Positions 38,744-47,345 of a stretch of DNA of 64,000 bases are shown here, one piece after another. Source of the DNA: Oscillospiraceae bacterium (GTDB lineage: Bacteria; Bacillota; Clostridia; Oscillospirales; QAMX01); NCBI GenBank assembly GCA_015067715.1, contig SVLY01000005.1, forward strand, positions 8,312-72,311, given 5' to 3'. A program made the translations under genes and the position numbers. The notes beneath the pieces were generated by a model. The model did not search any database and was not told the DNA's origin. It saw only the letters and a program-made list of their open reading frames with translations. How positions within the stretch are numbered: the first letter of the stretch is position 1; every line of letters starts with the position of its first letter.

Positions 38744-39886
38744 TCAGTTGATGAGTATTTCTGCGGTGACGAATTCCCGGCGGTCTTCCGCAAGATAGAC
38801 TATCCACAGGCTGTCCTCCGGGTTAGAGCCCACGGTGGAGGAGATGCCGTGGTGGTAATTCACGTTGGGAACGCCGGGAAGGTCGAAATACAGCTCCTCC
38901 GTCCACCTTCCGTCCTCTGAGCGGCAGATGACTCCTTCGGTGGTTCCCGGGGACATGGAGACAAAATACACCCTCCCGTCCGGAGCGGTAAAGGCGCTTG
39001 CGGAGACCGCAAATTCCGGAAGGGGATATTCGCTGACTACGCCGTCGGGGGTCACGGCGAGACAGCGGAGAGCGCCTTCGGTGTAACAGAAAACGTGGAG
39101 AAGCCCGTTCCCGTCCTGAGCCGCAGAAACGAAATATATCTTGCCGGCCTCGGACTTAATCTCCACAGGGTCGCTCACCGTGAGCTCCTCTGACAGGGCA
39201 TAGTACCAAAGCTTTCCGTTTTCGTCGTCTCCGATAATGGCGTGACCGCGGGAGCTTCCGTCAAAGATCAGCGCCCCGGGAGCTCCGGGAAAATGCTCTT
39301 TGCAAAAGGTCTGGGCGGATATCTCCCGGGAGGCAACGTCAAAGGAGAGGAGCACGGTCTCTCTGTCGAAGGTCTTGTGGGTGGCGATGGCAAAAACAGT
39401 TCCGGCTTCGCCCCGGTTGGGTTCGATCCCGCAGATATAGTCGTTGTAGTGGGAGCCGATGCGGTGGAGAGTCTGGGTGAACTCGCCGGTGGCCTCGTCA
39501 AACAGCCCAAAGGAGATGCCCTTGTCGGTGAGGGACGTTACGATAAGCGCGCCCTTTTCGTTGCTGCAAAGGCGAAGAGTGTTCATGCGAAGGGTGTTTC
39601 CGTTTTCTGCCACGCTCTTCCACTGGCCGTCTTCAAGGCGCATAAGCCGGTATTTTACGTTTGCGGGAGAGTTGAGGTTTATTCCGTGGGAAAAAACCCC
39701 GTAGGTACCGAGTTTCGTGGTGATGAGGGTGTGTGAAATGGGCTCAGAGGGGTAGAGGGCGTCACTTTCGGGGGACGGGGAAAATGCCATCACCTGCCCC
39801 GTGGAAAACTCAAGGTCACCCCCGGAGCATCCGCAGAGAGCCAAAAGACACAGAAGAGTCAAAAGAAAGAGTATCAGCTTTTTCAT
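38744..39886 (-). CDS. Lipoprotein of unknown function (paralog A)
   Basis: MKKLILFLLTLLCLLALCGCSG (lipobox), then a repetitive beta-rich sequence. No family was recognised. Confidence 0.7.
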   Translation of the reverse strand: MKKLILFLLTLLCLLALCGCSGGDLEFSTGQVMAFSPSPESDALYPSEPISHTLITTKLGTYGVFSHGINLNSPANVKYRLMRLEDGQWKSVAENGNTLRMNTLRLCSNEKGALIVTSLTDKGISFGLFDEATGEFTQTLHRIGSHYNDYICGIEPNRGEAGTVFAIATHKTFDRETVLLSFDVASREISAQTFCKEHFPGAPGALIFDGSSRGHAIIGDDENGKLWYYALSEELTVSDPVEIKSEAGKIYFVSAAQDGNGLLHVFCYTEGALRCLAVTPDGVVSEYPLPEFAVSASAFTAPDGRVYFVSMSPGTTEGVICRSEDGRWTEELYFDLPGVPNVNYHHGISSTVGSNPEDSLWIVYLAEDRREFVTAEILIN

Positions 39887-39914
39887 TGTATCCTCCCTTG
39901 GGTGTAAGATAAGA

Positions 39915-40748
39915 TCATTTCAGCCTTTTCAGGCGGGAACGCGCCAGAAGGTAGCCTCCGGCAAGAAGCCCGACACCGATGAGGCAGACTGTGAGGTAGC
40001 CCGTCCACGCCCTTTGGGCGTTGTATTCTCCCCAAACCGAAAGCCCGCGGCATATATCCTCAACGGTGTTTCCGGTGTAGCCGAAAAAGAATGAGGTGGT
40101 ACGCTCGGGTAGGAAAAAGACGGTGGTTTTGTACCAAAAGCCCATGGCGCCCTGTTGGGAAAAGGCGTGGACGGCGTAGCGGTAGGCCGTGCAGGTAAGC
40201 AGACCTGCCGCAGGAGATCTGAAAACCATGGTGAAGAAAAATGCAAGGCCGCTGTAGGTGAGAAAGCCTGCCAGGCCTATCCGAAGGCACTGGATCAAAA
40301 GCCGGAAAAAGGTGTTTGCATCCAAAATTTCAAAAAATCCGTAGTCGGTCTTTTTGAAAACGCTGAAGGTGAAATAGACCGCCGAGATGGCAAGGGAAAA
40401 GGTAAAGCAGAGCAGAGCGTAGGCTATCAGCTTTCCGAAAAACCATTTGTGGGCGGGAAGCCTGCTTGCGGCCAAAAGCTCGGCGTTGTTGGTGGAAAAA
40501 TCCTCAATGCAGTCCCATGAGATGACGATCCCGCAGAAAAAGTGCATTACGTAGGCGTAGGGAAAATAGGCCGCGCTGAAGCCCAGATCGTTCCGCTTTT
40601 CTGCCAGCATATCTGCTGTGAAGCCGGTTATCTCTACGGTAACGTCCAGAGCGTTCAGCACCATCAGAACCGATCCCAGCATTGCCGCCGCGAATACCGC
40701 CCGGCGCAGAGAGGACAGCACCGTGTTTGAAAATATCTTTGCCGTCAC
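39915..40748 (-). CDS. ABC-2-type permease-like integral membrane protein
   Basis: It has six or more hydrophobic segments and lies downstream of the ABC ATPase in the same operon. Confidence 0.6.
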   Translation of the reverse strand: MTAKIFSNTVLSSLRRAVFAAAMLGSVLMVLNALDVTVEITGFTADMLAEKRNDLGFSAAYFPYAYVMHFFCGIVISWDCIEDFSTNNAELLAASRLPAHKWFFGKLIAYALLCFTFSLAISAVYFTFSVFKKTDYGFFEILDANTFFRLLIQCLRIGLAGFLTYSGLAFFFTMVFRSPAAGLLTCTAYRYAVHAFSQQGAMGFWYKTTVFFLPERTTSFFFGYTGNTVEDICRGLSVWGEYNAQRAWTGYLTVCLIGVGLLAGGYLLARSRLKRLK

Positions 40749-40763
40749 GTTTTTTCTCCTTTC

Positions 40764-41363
40764 TCAAAAGCTCTGTTTGCGCTCTCTGAAATACAGCACC
40801 GTCCACGCCGCGGCCAAAAGCAAAAGGGAAACACCTGCCAGAACCCCCTTGCCCGTATAGAACAGCCTGCCGGAGAGGATGTCCATTGTGCCGAACACCT
40901 GAAAGATCCGGAGCGAGCCCACGGGGCTGAAATTGTTTTTCAGCAGATAGAGCAGAGCGCCGCAAACCAGTGGCGCGGAGACGTTTCCGGGAATAATGCT
41001 TCGTAAGGCCAGCGTCAGCGCCGAAACCGAGAAGCAGAGGGAAAGGACGAAAACGGAAAAGCGAAGGGCGGAGATGCCGTTAAGCAGAAGAAAGGTTGCC
41101 GACAGGGGCAGGCAGAACCCGAGAAACACCGCCCAGAACCGCGCCATGCGGATATTTGCCGAGGGCATCGGTGCGGCGGCAAACAGCTCGTTTTCGCTTT
41201 CGGAACGGAAGACGAAAAAGCAGACCAGTACGGGGAGAAGTATCATGTTCTCCTCGATCTGACGGGGCTCAAGCCCGTAAAACCTGCTTACCGTGAGAGA
41301 AAGGACAAAGGCAAAGGGGGCAAGGAGGAGACCGAATATCAGCTCACGGAGGAATATCCGCAT
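40764..41363 (-). CDS. Integral membrane protein (permease-like, about 6 TM)
   Basis: It is hydrophobic throughout and starts 15 nt after the ATPase stop. Confidence 0.6.
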   Translation of the reverse strand: MRIFLRELIFGLLLAPFAFVLSLTVSRFYGLEPRQIEENMILLPVLVCFFVFRSESENELFAAAPMPSANIRMARFWAVFLGFCLPLSATFLLLNGISALRFSVFVLSLCFSVSALTLALRSIIPGNVSAPLVCGALLYLLKNNFSPVGSLRIFQVFGTMDILSGRLFYTGKGVLAGVSLLLLAAAWTVLYFRERKQSF

Positions 41364-41378
41364 GATCCCGTCCCCCCT

Positions 41379-42257
41379 TTACTGTCGGCGTATGCCCCCG
41401 AGGGTGCATACGTAGGCGTCCTCAAGCCCCGGTGTGACGGGCAGGCTGCCGGGAAGAATGGGCTCGTCGCACACGTAGCGCACGCGGGGGCGGCCGGAAA
41501 CGTAGGTTATGCCGGTGATCGTCGCCGGGGCTTTCAGCTTTTCCTCCGTGCCCGGAGAAAGCTCTGCCTCGAAGGTTCGGTTGGAAAGTGTGGAGAGCAG
41601 GGCGGTAACGTCTCCGGTATAGATGAGCCTGCCCTTTTCCAGAATTGCAATGCTGGGGCAGAGGTTTTCAATGTCCCGGATGATGTGGGTGGAAAAGACA
41701 ACGGTCTTTTCCCTGCCCATTTTTGAGAGCAGGTTGAGAAAATACAGCCTCTCCTCCGGGTCGAGACCTGCCGTGGGCTCGTCGATTATAAGAAGCTCCG
41801 GGTCGCTAAGAAGTGCCTGGGCAATACCGGCACGGCGGAGCATGCCTCCGGAATATTTTGAGAGCCGCTTTTTGCCCTCGTGCTCCAGCCCCACGGCGGA
41901 AATACAGCGTGCAATTTCGGACTTTTTCTGATAAGGGTCGGTGATGCCCTTTATAACGCAGGAATAGTCCAGAAACTCTGTCAGGCTGAGATAGGGCATC
42001 AGCCGTGTGTTCTGGGGCAGATAGCCCAGTTTTTTGCGAAAGGCGGGAAAATCGGCGGAGACGGGCTTTCCGTCGGCGAGTATGCGCCCGTTTGTGGGGT
42101 CGCAGACCGTTGCCATGATACGCATGAGCGTGGTCTTTCCGGCTCCGTTCCTGCCGATAAGGCCGAAGATCCCGCCGGGTATGGAAAAGCTGACGTCACA
42201 GAGTGCCGTGACCCTTTTGCCAAATTTCATGGTGATATGCTCTGCTGTGAGATTCAC
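41379..42257 (-). CDS. ABC transporter ATP-binding protein (ABC-2/bacitracin-export-like class)
   Basis: Walker A GRNGAGKTT, signature YSGGMLRR, Walker B LLIIDEP. GTG start after AAGGAG. Confidence 0.9.
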   Translation of the reverse strand: MNLTAEHITMKFGKRVTALCDVSFSIPGGIFGLIGRNGAGKTTLMRIMATVCDPTNGRILADGKPVSADFPAFRKKLGYLPQNTRLMPYLSLTEFLDYSCVIKGITDPYQKKSEIARCISAVGLEHEGKKRLSKYSGGMLRRAGIAQALLSDPELLIIDEPTAGLDPEERLYFLNLLSKMGREKTVVFSTHIIRDIENLCPSIAILEKGRLIYTGDVTALLSTLSNRTFEAELSPGTEEKLKAPATITGITYVSGRPRVRYVCDEPILPGSLPVTPGLEDAYVCTLGGIRRQ

Positions 42258-42283
42258 GGGGTCGCGCTCCTTTCCTGTAATTG

Positions 42284-42333
42284 TGTTTACATTGTCAACA
42301 GTATTATAACACGGACTGTTTACAATGTCAACA
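42284..42333 (-). promoter_or_regulatory. Promoter of the ABC-lipoprotein operon, overlapped by two 17-bp direct-repeat boxes
   Basis: Plus-strand boxes are tgtttacaTtgtcaaca (42284-42300) and tgtttacaAtgtcaaca (42317-42333). Reverse strand: TTGACA (42326-42331), 17 nt, TATAAT (42303-42308). One box covers the -35 and the other covers the start-site region. Confidence 0.6.
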
Positions 42334-42387
42334 CAAGGTGGGAGAAAAAGAGAAAAAATTTTCGATCCCCGGAAGGGATTTTTTTAT

Positions 42388-42417
42388 TTGACATTATACC
42401 GCTCTTGGGGGTATAAT
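42388..42417 (+). promoter_or_regulatory. Sigma-A type promoter for the small membrane protein genes/pncB
   Basis: TTGACA (42388-42393), 18 nt, TATAAT (42412-42417). Confidence 0.5.
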
Positions 42418-42455
42418 ATAGACAGAAAAAACTCTAAAACGGAGGACAAATACTT

Positions 42456-42722
42456 ATGGAAGTACTTCCCATCATTCTCACCATTCTGGGCAGCATTGTT
42501 TACATCTGCATTTTTGCCGTTGTCTTTGCCGTCGTTGTGGCCGTCAGCGTTATCGCCGCTAAGAAGCTTTGCGAAGACAAGGGTCTTGGCAAGAACATGA
42601 TGTGGGTCGGCCTGCTTGGCTGGCTGGGTCTTGTTATCCTCTGCTTTATGAAGCCCAAGGCAGAAGCGCCCGTCTGTGAGGAGCCTGCCTGCGAAGAGGC
42701 TGTCTGCGTTACAGAGGAATAA
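42456..42722 (+). CDS. Small membrane protein (88 aa) with acidic Cys-rich tail
   Basis: Two hydrophobic helices and a tail PVCEEPACEEAVCVTEE. A GGAGGA-type RBS lies upstream. Confidence 0.5.
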   Translation: MEVLPIILTILGSIVYICIFAVVFAVVVAVSVIAAKKLCEDKGLGKNMMWVGLLGWLGLVILCFMKPKAEAPVCEEPACEEAVCVTEE

Positions 42723-42728
42723 AAGCTT

Positions 42729-42971
42729 ATGAAAACGAAGACTAAAAAGGTCTTTCGCCACACCGCCGCGTTTGTTTTGTGCGCGGCGGTGTTTGCGACT
42801 TTTGCATTTTGCTGTTTCGGCGCAGATGCCGCGGCCTCGGGCATAGATTGGGGCAACGGCGTTACCACAGCCGTGGTGCTGGAGTGGGCGGCCTATATCG
42901 GCGGCTGTCTGGCGGCCATATTCGTTCTGGCCTTTGCCGCGGTGGTTTTCGTGCTGGAAAAGAAGGAATAG
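42729..42971 (+). CDS. Small membrane protein (80 aa), signal-like N-terminus plus C-terminal TM helix
   Basis: ORF starting 6 nt after the previous stop, with hydrophobic N- and C-termini. Confidence 0.45.
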   Translation: MKTKTKKVFRHTAAFVLCAAVFATFAFCCFGADAAASGIDWGNGVTTAVVLEWAAYIGGCLAAIFVLAFAAVVFVLEKKE

Positions 42972-42992
42972 AAGAAAAGGAATTTTACTGAT

Positions 42993-44444
42993 ATGGACAA
43001 GATGTTCCAGGGAATGAATCTGTCGATGATGACGGATTTTTATGAGTTTACCATGGCCAACGGTTTCTTTGACCACGGCATGAAGGACAGGATCGCATAT
43101 TTCGACCTGTTTTACAGAAAAGTTCCGGACGGCGGCGGCTTTGCCATTGCGGCGGGACTTGAGCAGGCCGTGAGGTATCTTCAGGATCTCCACTTTTCTC
43201 CTGAGGATATTGCCTGCCTGAGAGAAAAGAATATCTTCTCCGGGGAGTTTTTGGCCTACCTTGAGAACTTTAAGTTTGAGTGTGACGTCTGGGCCGTTCC
43301 CGAGGGCACGCCCGTTTTCCCCGGCGAGCCCATTATGACCGTCCGCGGTCCCGCACCCCAGGCTCAGCTTGTGGAGACCATGCTTCTGGCCACCATTAAC
43401 CACCAGTCCCTCATCGCAACGAAGGCCTCCCGTATTTCCCGCGCCGCAAAGGGTCGCGCCGTTATGGAGTTTGGCGCCCGCCGTGCCCACGGTTATGCAG
43501 GTGCCCTCTACGGCGCAAGAGCCGCCTACATCGGCGGATGTCCCGTCACCTCAAACACTCTGGCAGACCGTCTTTTCGGCATCCCCGCAGTGGGCACCAT
43601 GGCACACTCCTGGATCCAGATGTTCGATACGGAATACGATGCCTTCCTTGCCTACGCAAAGACCTATCCCCAGAGCTGCACCCTGCTTTTGGACACCTAC
43701 GACGTTCTGGGAAGCGGCCTTCCCAACGCCATCCGTGTGTTCCGTGAGGTTCTGGATCCCCTTGGAGTCCGCCCTGCGGGCGTCCGCATAGACTCCGGCG
43801 ACATCACCTATCTCACCCGAAAGATACGCAAAACTCTGGACGAGGCCGGCTATCCCGACTGTAAGATCGTGGTCTCAAACTCTCTGGACGAGTATATCAT
43901 CCGCGATATGCTTCTCCAGGGCGCCCCTGTGGACACCTTTGGCGTGGGCGAGCGGCTTATCACCTCTAAGAGCGAGCCCGTCTTCGGCGGCGTTTACAAG
44001 CTATGCGCCGTGGAGGACGAAGATGGCAACCTTATCCCCAGAATTAAAATCTCCGAAAACGTCGCAAAGATAACCACCCCCCACTTCAAAAAGCTGTGGC
44101 GCTTCTACGAGCGCTCCACAGGCAAGGCCATCGCGGACGTTCTCTCCCTCCACGACGAGGTCATCGACGATTCCAAGCCCTTCCTGCTCTTCCACCCGGA
44201 CTATACCTGGAAGACGAAGCAGGTTGAAGACTTTGAGGCAGTTCCCCTTATGGTGCGCATTTTCGATAAGGGTCAGCTGGTCTACGATCTGCCCCCTCTG
44301 GACGAGGTCAAGCGCTACTGCGACGAGTCTGTGGACAGGCTTTGGGACGAGGTCAAGCGTTTTGAAAACCCCCACGGCTACTACGTTGACCTGACACAGA
44401 AGCTTTGGGACATCAAGCATGAAATGCTCAAGGGTAAAAAATAA
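42993..44444 (+). CDS. pncB: Nicotinate phosphoribosyltransferase
   Basis: MMTDFYEFTMANGFF, GTMAHSWIQMF, RIDSGD; about 483 aa. Confidence 0.9.
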   Translation: MDKMFQGMNLSMMTDFYEFTMANGFFDHGMKDRIAYFDLFYRKVPDGGGFAIAAGLEQAVRYLQDLHFSPEDIACLREKNIFSGEFLAYLENFKFECDVWAVPEGTPVFPGEPIMTVRGPAPQAQLVETMLLATINHQSLIATKASRISRAAKGRAVMEFGARRAHGYAGALYGARAAYIGGCPVTSNTLADRLFGIPAVGTMAHSWIQMFDTEYDAFLAYAKTYPQSCTLLLDTYDVLGSGLPNAIRVFREVLDPLGVRPAGVRIDSGDITYLTRKIRKTLDEAGYPDCKIVVSNSLDEYIIRDMLLQGAPVDTFGVGERLITSKSEPVFGGVYKLCAVEDEDGNLIPRIKISENVAKITTPHFKKLWRFYERSTGKAIADVLSLHDEVIDDSKPFLLFHPDYTWKTKQVEDFEAVPLMVRIFDKGQLVYDLPPLDEVKRYCDESVDRLWDEVKRFENPHGYYVDLTQKLWDIKHEMLKGKK

Positions 44445-45547
44445 TGAACATAGACTTTTTCAACTCTGTTAAGGTCCTTTCCGGAAAGGACTGTTTTAAA
44501 AACTACGCCGACTTTGGCCGCTGGGGCAAAAAGGCCGTTATCGTCTGCGGAAAGCGCTCGGCGCGGCTCTGCGGAGCGCTGGACCATGCAATCGCCGGAC
44601 TTACCGGGTGCGGTGTGGAATATCTTATCTTCGACCGTGTCGAGCCCAACCCCCTGGTCTCCACCTGCCACGAGGGCGGACGCATCGCCCGGGAAGCCGG
44701 AGCGGACTTTGTTATCGGCATCGGCGGCGGAAGCCCCCTTGATGCGGCCAAGGCTGTTGCGGCCTTTGCCGCCAACCCGGACTTCGAGCCCGAGGATATC
44801 TATACAAAGCCCCGCAAGCCCGCTCTGCCCCTGCTGGCAGTGAACACCACCGCGGGCACCGGGAGCGAGGTCACGCCCTATTCCATAATGACCGTTCCCA
44901 GCCTTGAGAACAAAAAATCCTTCGCCGGGGACGATCTTTACGCCAAGGTGGCCTTCCTCGACCCCGCCTATACACTCAGCCTTCCCCTTGACCAGACCTA
45001 CGCCACGGCGGTGGACGCGCTCTGTCACGCCGTTGAGGGCTATTTTATGAAAAAGGCCAACCCCGTATCCGACGCTCTGGCGGAAAAGTGTATTCCCATG
45101 CTCTGCGAGGGCATGAGAAGAGTTCTTGCCGGAGATCTGGGCTTTGACACACGGGAGCTTCTGCTCTACGCCTCGTCCATGGCGGGCATGGTCATCTCCC
45201 GTACGGGCACGGGCTTCGTTCACTCCACGGGCTATATGCTCACCTATTACCACGGTCTTTCCCACGGTCACGCCAACGCCTATTTCCTGGCAGACTTCGT
45301 GGGCTTCATGTCCCGTGAGAATCCCATCAGAGCCGAAAAGGTCTTTGCCCTCTGCGGAGTTAAGGATTCGGAAGAGCTTTGGCGCTTCCTTGGAGCCTGC
45401 CCTGCAATGCCCCTCGGCCATGTGTTCGATGCTGACCTTGCGGACAAATACGCCGCACGTACCATCACCGTCAAGAACGTGGGCAACGCCGTTTCGGTCA
45501 TAACCGAGCCCGAGCTCAGGGATATCCTCCGGAAGAGATGCGTATGA
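44444..45547 (+). CDS. Iron-containing alcohol dehydrogenase family protein
   Basis: GIGGGSPLDAAKAVA, AVNTTAGTGSEVT, and histidine-rich metal-site regions. Confidence 0.85.
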   Translation: MNIDFFNSVKVLSGKDCFKNYADFGRWGKKAVIVCGKRSARLCGALDHAIAGLTGCGVEYLIFDRVEPNPLVSTCHEGGRIAREAGADFVIGIGGGSPLDAAKAVAAFAANPDFEPEDIYTKPRKPALPLLAVNTTAGTGSEVTPYSIMTVPSLENKKSFAGDDLYAKVAFLDPAYTLSLPLDQTYATAVDALCHAVEGYFMKKANPVSDALAEKCIPMLCEGMRRVLAGDLGFDTRELLLYASSMAGMVISRTGTGFVHSTGYMLTYYHGLSHGHANAYFLADFVGFMSRENPIRAEKVFALCGVKDSEELWRFLGACPAMPLGHVFDADLADKYAARTITVKNVGNAVSVITEPELRDILRKRCV

Positions 45548-46392
45548 AAAGGGTTCTCTGTATCGGCGAGGTCCTTTGGGATATTATCGGCGGTGAGAAA
45601 TACCTTGGCGGTGCGCCATTAAATGCCGGAGCAAACCTTGCGGCCATGGGCGCGAAGGCATATATGGTCTCCTGCCTTGGCAGAGACGGGCTTGGCGCCC
45701 TTGCGGCGGAAAAAATGAAGCAGGCCGGAATGGATATCTCCCTTGTGACCTTTTCGGACAGTCTGCCCACGGGAACGGCCATCGTCCACCCGGAGCTGGA
45801 CGGGAACGAGCGCTTTGAGCTTCCATGTCCCGTGGCATACGACGCCATCGTTCCGGGAGCACTTCCGGATTTTTATCCGGACGGCCTTGTTTTCGGCTCT
45901 CTTGGGGCTTACCGCAGCGAGAGCGTGAAAAGCACGGTCCTCGCCGCCCTGGAGGCATACCCCAATGCCGTCAGCCTTTACGACGTCAACCTCAGAAAGA
46001 CCTATTTCGACAGAGAACTCATCTCTGCTCTTGCATCCCGCTCTACGGTAATGAAGCTCAACGACGGTGAGGTCGAAATTCTTTCCCCCATGCTTTTCGG
46101 CAGAGAGCTGGATATCCGGGGCTTTGCCCAAAGCGCCATTGCAGAATACGGCTGCGAATACGTTGTGGTCACAAAGGGGGAGAAGGGCGCAGAAATGTTC
46201 TGGAAGGACGGATGCGCCGCCGCCGGCGGTGTGGACACTCCCGTTGTGGACACAGTCGGCGCCGGAGATGCATTTTCTGCCGGAGTGCTTTTTGGACTTA
46301 TGAACGGCGCATCTCCCAAAGAGGCGCTTGACCTTGGAAACCGGAGCGGTGCGGCATGCGTTGCCCACGCCGGAGCATTTCCCGTAAAATAA
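45538..46392 (+). CDS. PfkB family carbohydrate kinase (fructokinase-like)
   Basis: VLCIGEVLWDII...GGAPLN at the N-terminus and DTVGAGDAFSAG at the C-terminus. Confidence 0.8.
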   Translation: MRMKRVLCIGEVLWDIIGGEKYLGGAPLNAGANLAAMGAKAYMVSCLGRDGLGALAAEKMKQAGMDISLVTFSDSLPTGTAIVHPELDGNERFELPCPVAYDAIVPGALPDFYPDGLVFGSLGAYRSESVKSTVLAALEAYPNAVSLYDVNLRKTYFDRELISALASRSTVMKLNDGEVEILSPMLFGRELDIRGFAQSAIAEYGCEYVVVTKGEKGAEMFWKDGCAAAGGVDTPVVDTVGAGDAFSAGVLFGLMNGASPKEALDLGNRSGAACVAHAGAFPVK

Positions 46393-46416
46393 AACCACCG
46401 GAGGGAAAAACAAGCT

Positions 46417-47106
46417 ATGAAGCTTTTTCTCGTGCGCCACGGCGACCCGAACTACGCCGACGATTGTCTTACGCCCCTTGGCCATCTTCAGGCCCGTGCC
46501 GCCGCGGAGCGGCTCGCCGGGGAGGGCATTGAAAAGATCTATTCCTCCTCCTGCGGCAGAGCAGTGGAGACGGCAGAGTATACCGCCCGTGCTCTTGGCA
46601 TCCCGGAGGTGGAACAGCTGGATTTTATGCGTGAGATATCCTGGGGAGCAAGGTACGGAGAGGAGCTTTATTCCCACGGCCACCCCTGGGACGTTTCGGA
46701 TAAAATGGCCGCAGAAAACAGGGACTTTATGGACCCGGACTGGCGGGACGGCGAGTATTTTGCCAACAACTATATCATGGATCACTACGATTCCATGATT
46801 CCCTGTATCGACGCTCTGCTCGCAGGGCTGGGAGTCGTCCGGGAAGGGCTGTATTACCGGGTGAAAAACTGCCCCTACACGGCTGTGGCGCTTTTCAGCC
46901 ACGGCGGCTCTTCCTCCGTTTTGCTCTCCCGTGTGTTCAATTTGCCCCTGCCATTCGTAACCTCCGCCATTTGCCCGGAGTGCACCGCGATCACAGTGGT
47001 CACCTTTGCCGAGGGTAAGGAAACCACCGTTGCCCCGAGGTTTGAGATAATGAACGATGCCCGCCATATCCGGGGAATTAGCGAAAAAAACGTCTTCGGC
47101 CGCTGA
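46417..47106 (+). CDS. Histidine phosphatase (phosphoglycerate mutase) family protein
   Basis: MKLFLVRHGDPNY (RHG catalytic motif) and a later SHGG. Confidence 0.8.
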   Translation: MKLFLVRHGDPNYADDCLTPLGHLQARAAAERLAGEGIEKIYSSSCGRAVETAEYTARALGIPEVEQLDFMREISWGARYGEELYSHGHPWDVSDKMAAENRDFMDPDWRDGEYFANNYIMDHYDSMIPCIDALLAGLGVVREGLYYRVKNCPYTAVALFSHGGSSSVLLSRVFNLPLPFVTSAICPECTAITVVTFAEGKETTVAPRFEIMNDARHIRGISEKNVFGR

Positions 47107-47131
47107 AAACCGCGAATCCGCAAAAAACGAC

Positions 47132-47160
47132 TTGACAAAACCCGGCGCTTGTATTAAAAT
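47132..47160 (+). promoter_or_regulatory. Sigma-A type promoter of tRNA-Arg
   Basis: TTGACA (47132-47137), 17 nt, TAAAAT (47155-47160). Confidence 0.55.
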
Positions 47161-47175
47161 ATTCGGGTATGATAT

Positions 47176-47248
47176 GCCCCGGTAGCTCAGGGGATAGAGC
47201 ATTCGCCTCCTAAGCGAAGGGTCGGACGTTCGATTCGTCTTCGGGGTG
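47176..47248 (+). tRNA. tRNA-Arg (anticodon CCT)
   Basis: It folds by hand into a 73-nt cloverleaf. Acceptor gccccgg/tcggggt, D arm gctc-aggggata-gagc, anticodon arm ttcgc-ctCCTaa-gcgaa, variable gggtc, T arm ggacg-ttcgatt-cgtct, discriminator g. No encoded CCA. Confidence 0.85.
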
Positions 47249-47249
47249 T
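47207..47249 (+). repeat. 43-bp direct repeat, copy 1 (attL-like, inside the 3' part of tRNA-Arg)
   Basis: ctcctaagcgaagggtcggacgttcgattcgtcttcggggtgt is identical to 50658-50700. Confidence 0.9.
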
Positions 47250-47258
47250 GTTAAAACA

Positions 47259-47298
47259 AAAGAAGCGCTTCTGCCACAAAGAGCAGGAGCGCTTCTTT
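47259..47298. terminator. Intrinsic terminator between tRNA-Arg and the convergent fic gene
   Basis: Arms aaagaagcgc (47259-47268) / gcgcttcttt (47289-47298), with T-runs on both sides. Confidence 0.55.
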
Positions 47299-47345
47299 TT
47301 GTCTTGAAATTTGTCCTGATCATTTTTTTTTGAACGGTCTGTACA

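Noticed and set aside
42384-43490. A 368-aa ORF antisense to the small membrane protein genes and pncB.
   Set aside because: It is opposite pncB, which has strong motifs, and it crosses a consensus promoter. Its composition is artefact-like.
45619-47202. A 527-aa ORF antisense to the PfkB kinase and histidine phosphatase genes, running into the tRNA.
   Set aside because: It crosses two well-supported genes, an intergenic promoter and part of the tRNA-Arg gene. No motif was recognised.
47295-47309. A 15-nt exact match (ctttttgtcttgaaa) between the tRNA-Arg terminator tail and the duplicated cassette at 54649-54663.
   Set aside because: A few chance 15-mer matches are expected in 64 kb on two strands, and the sequence is T-rich and low-complexity. 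No extended similarity exists on either side.
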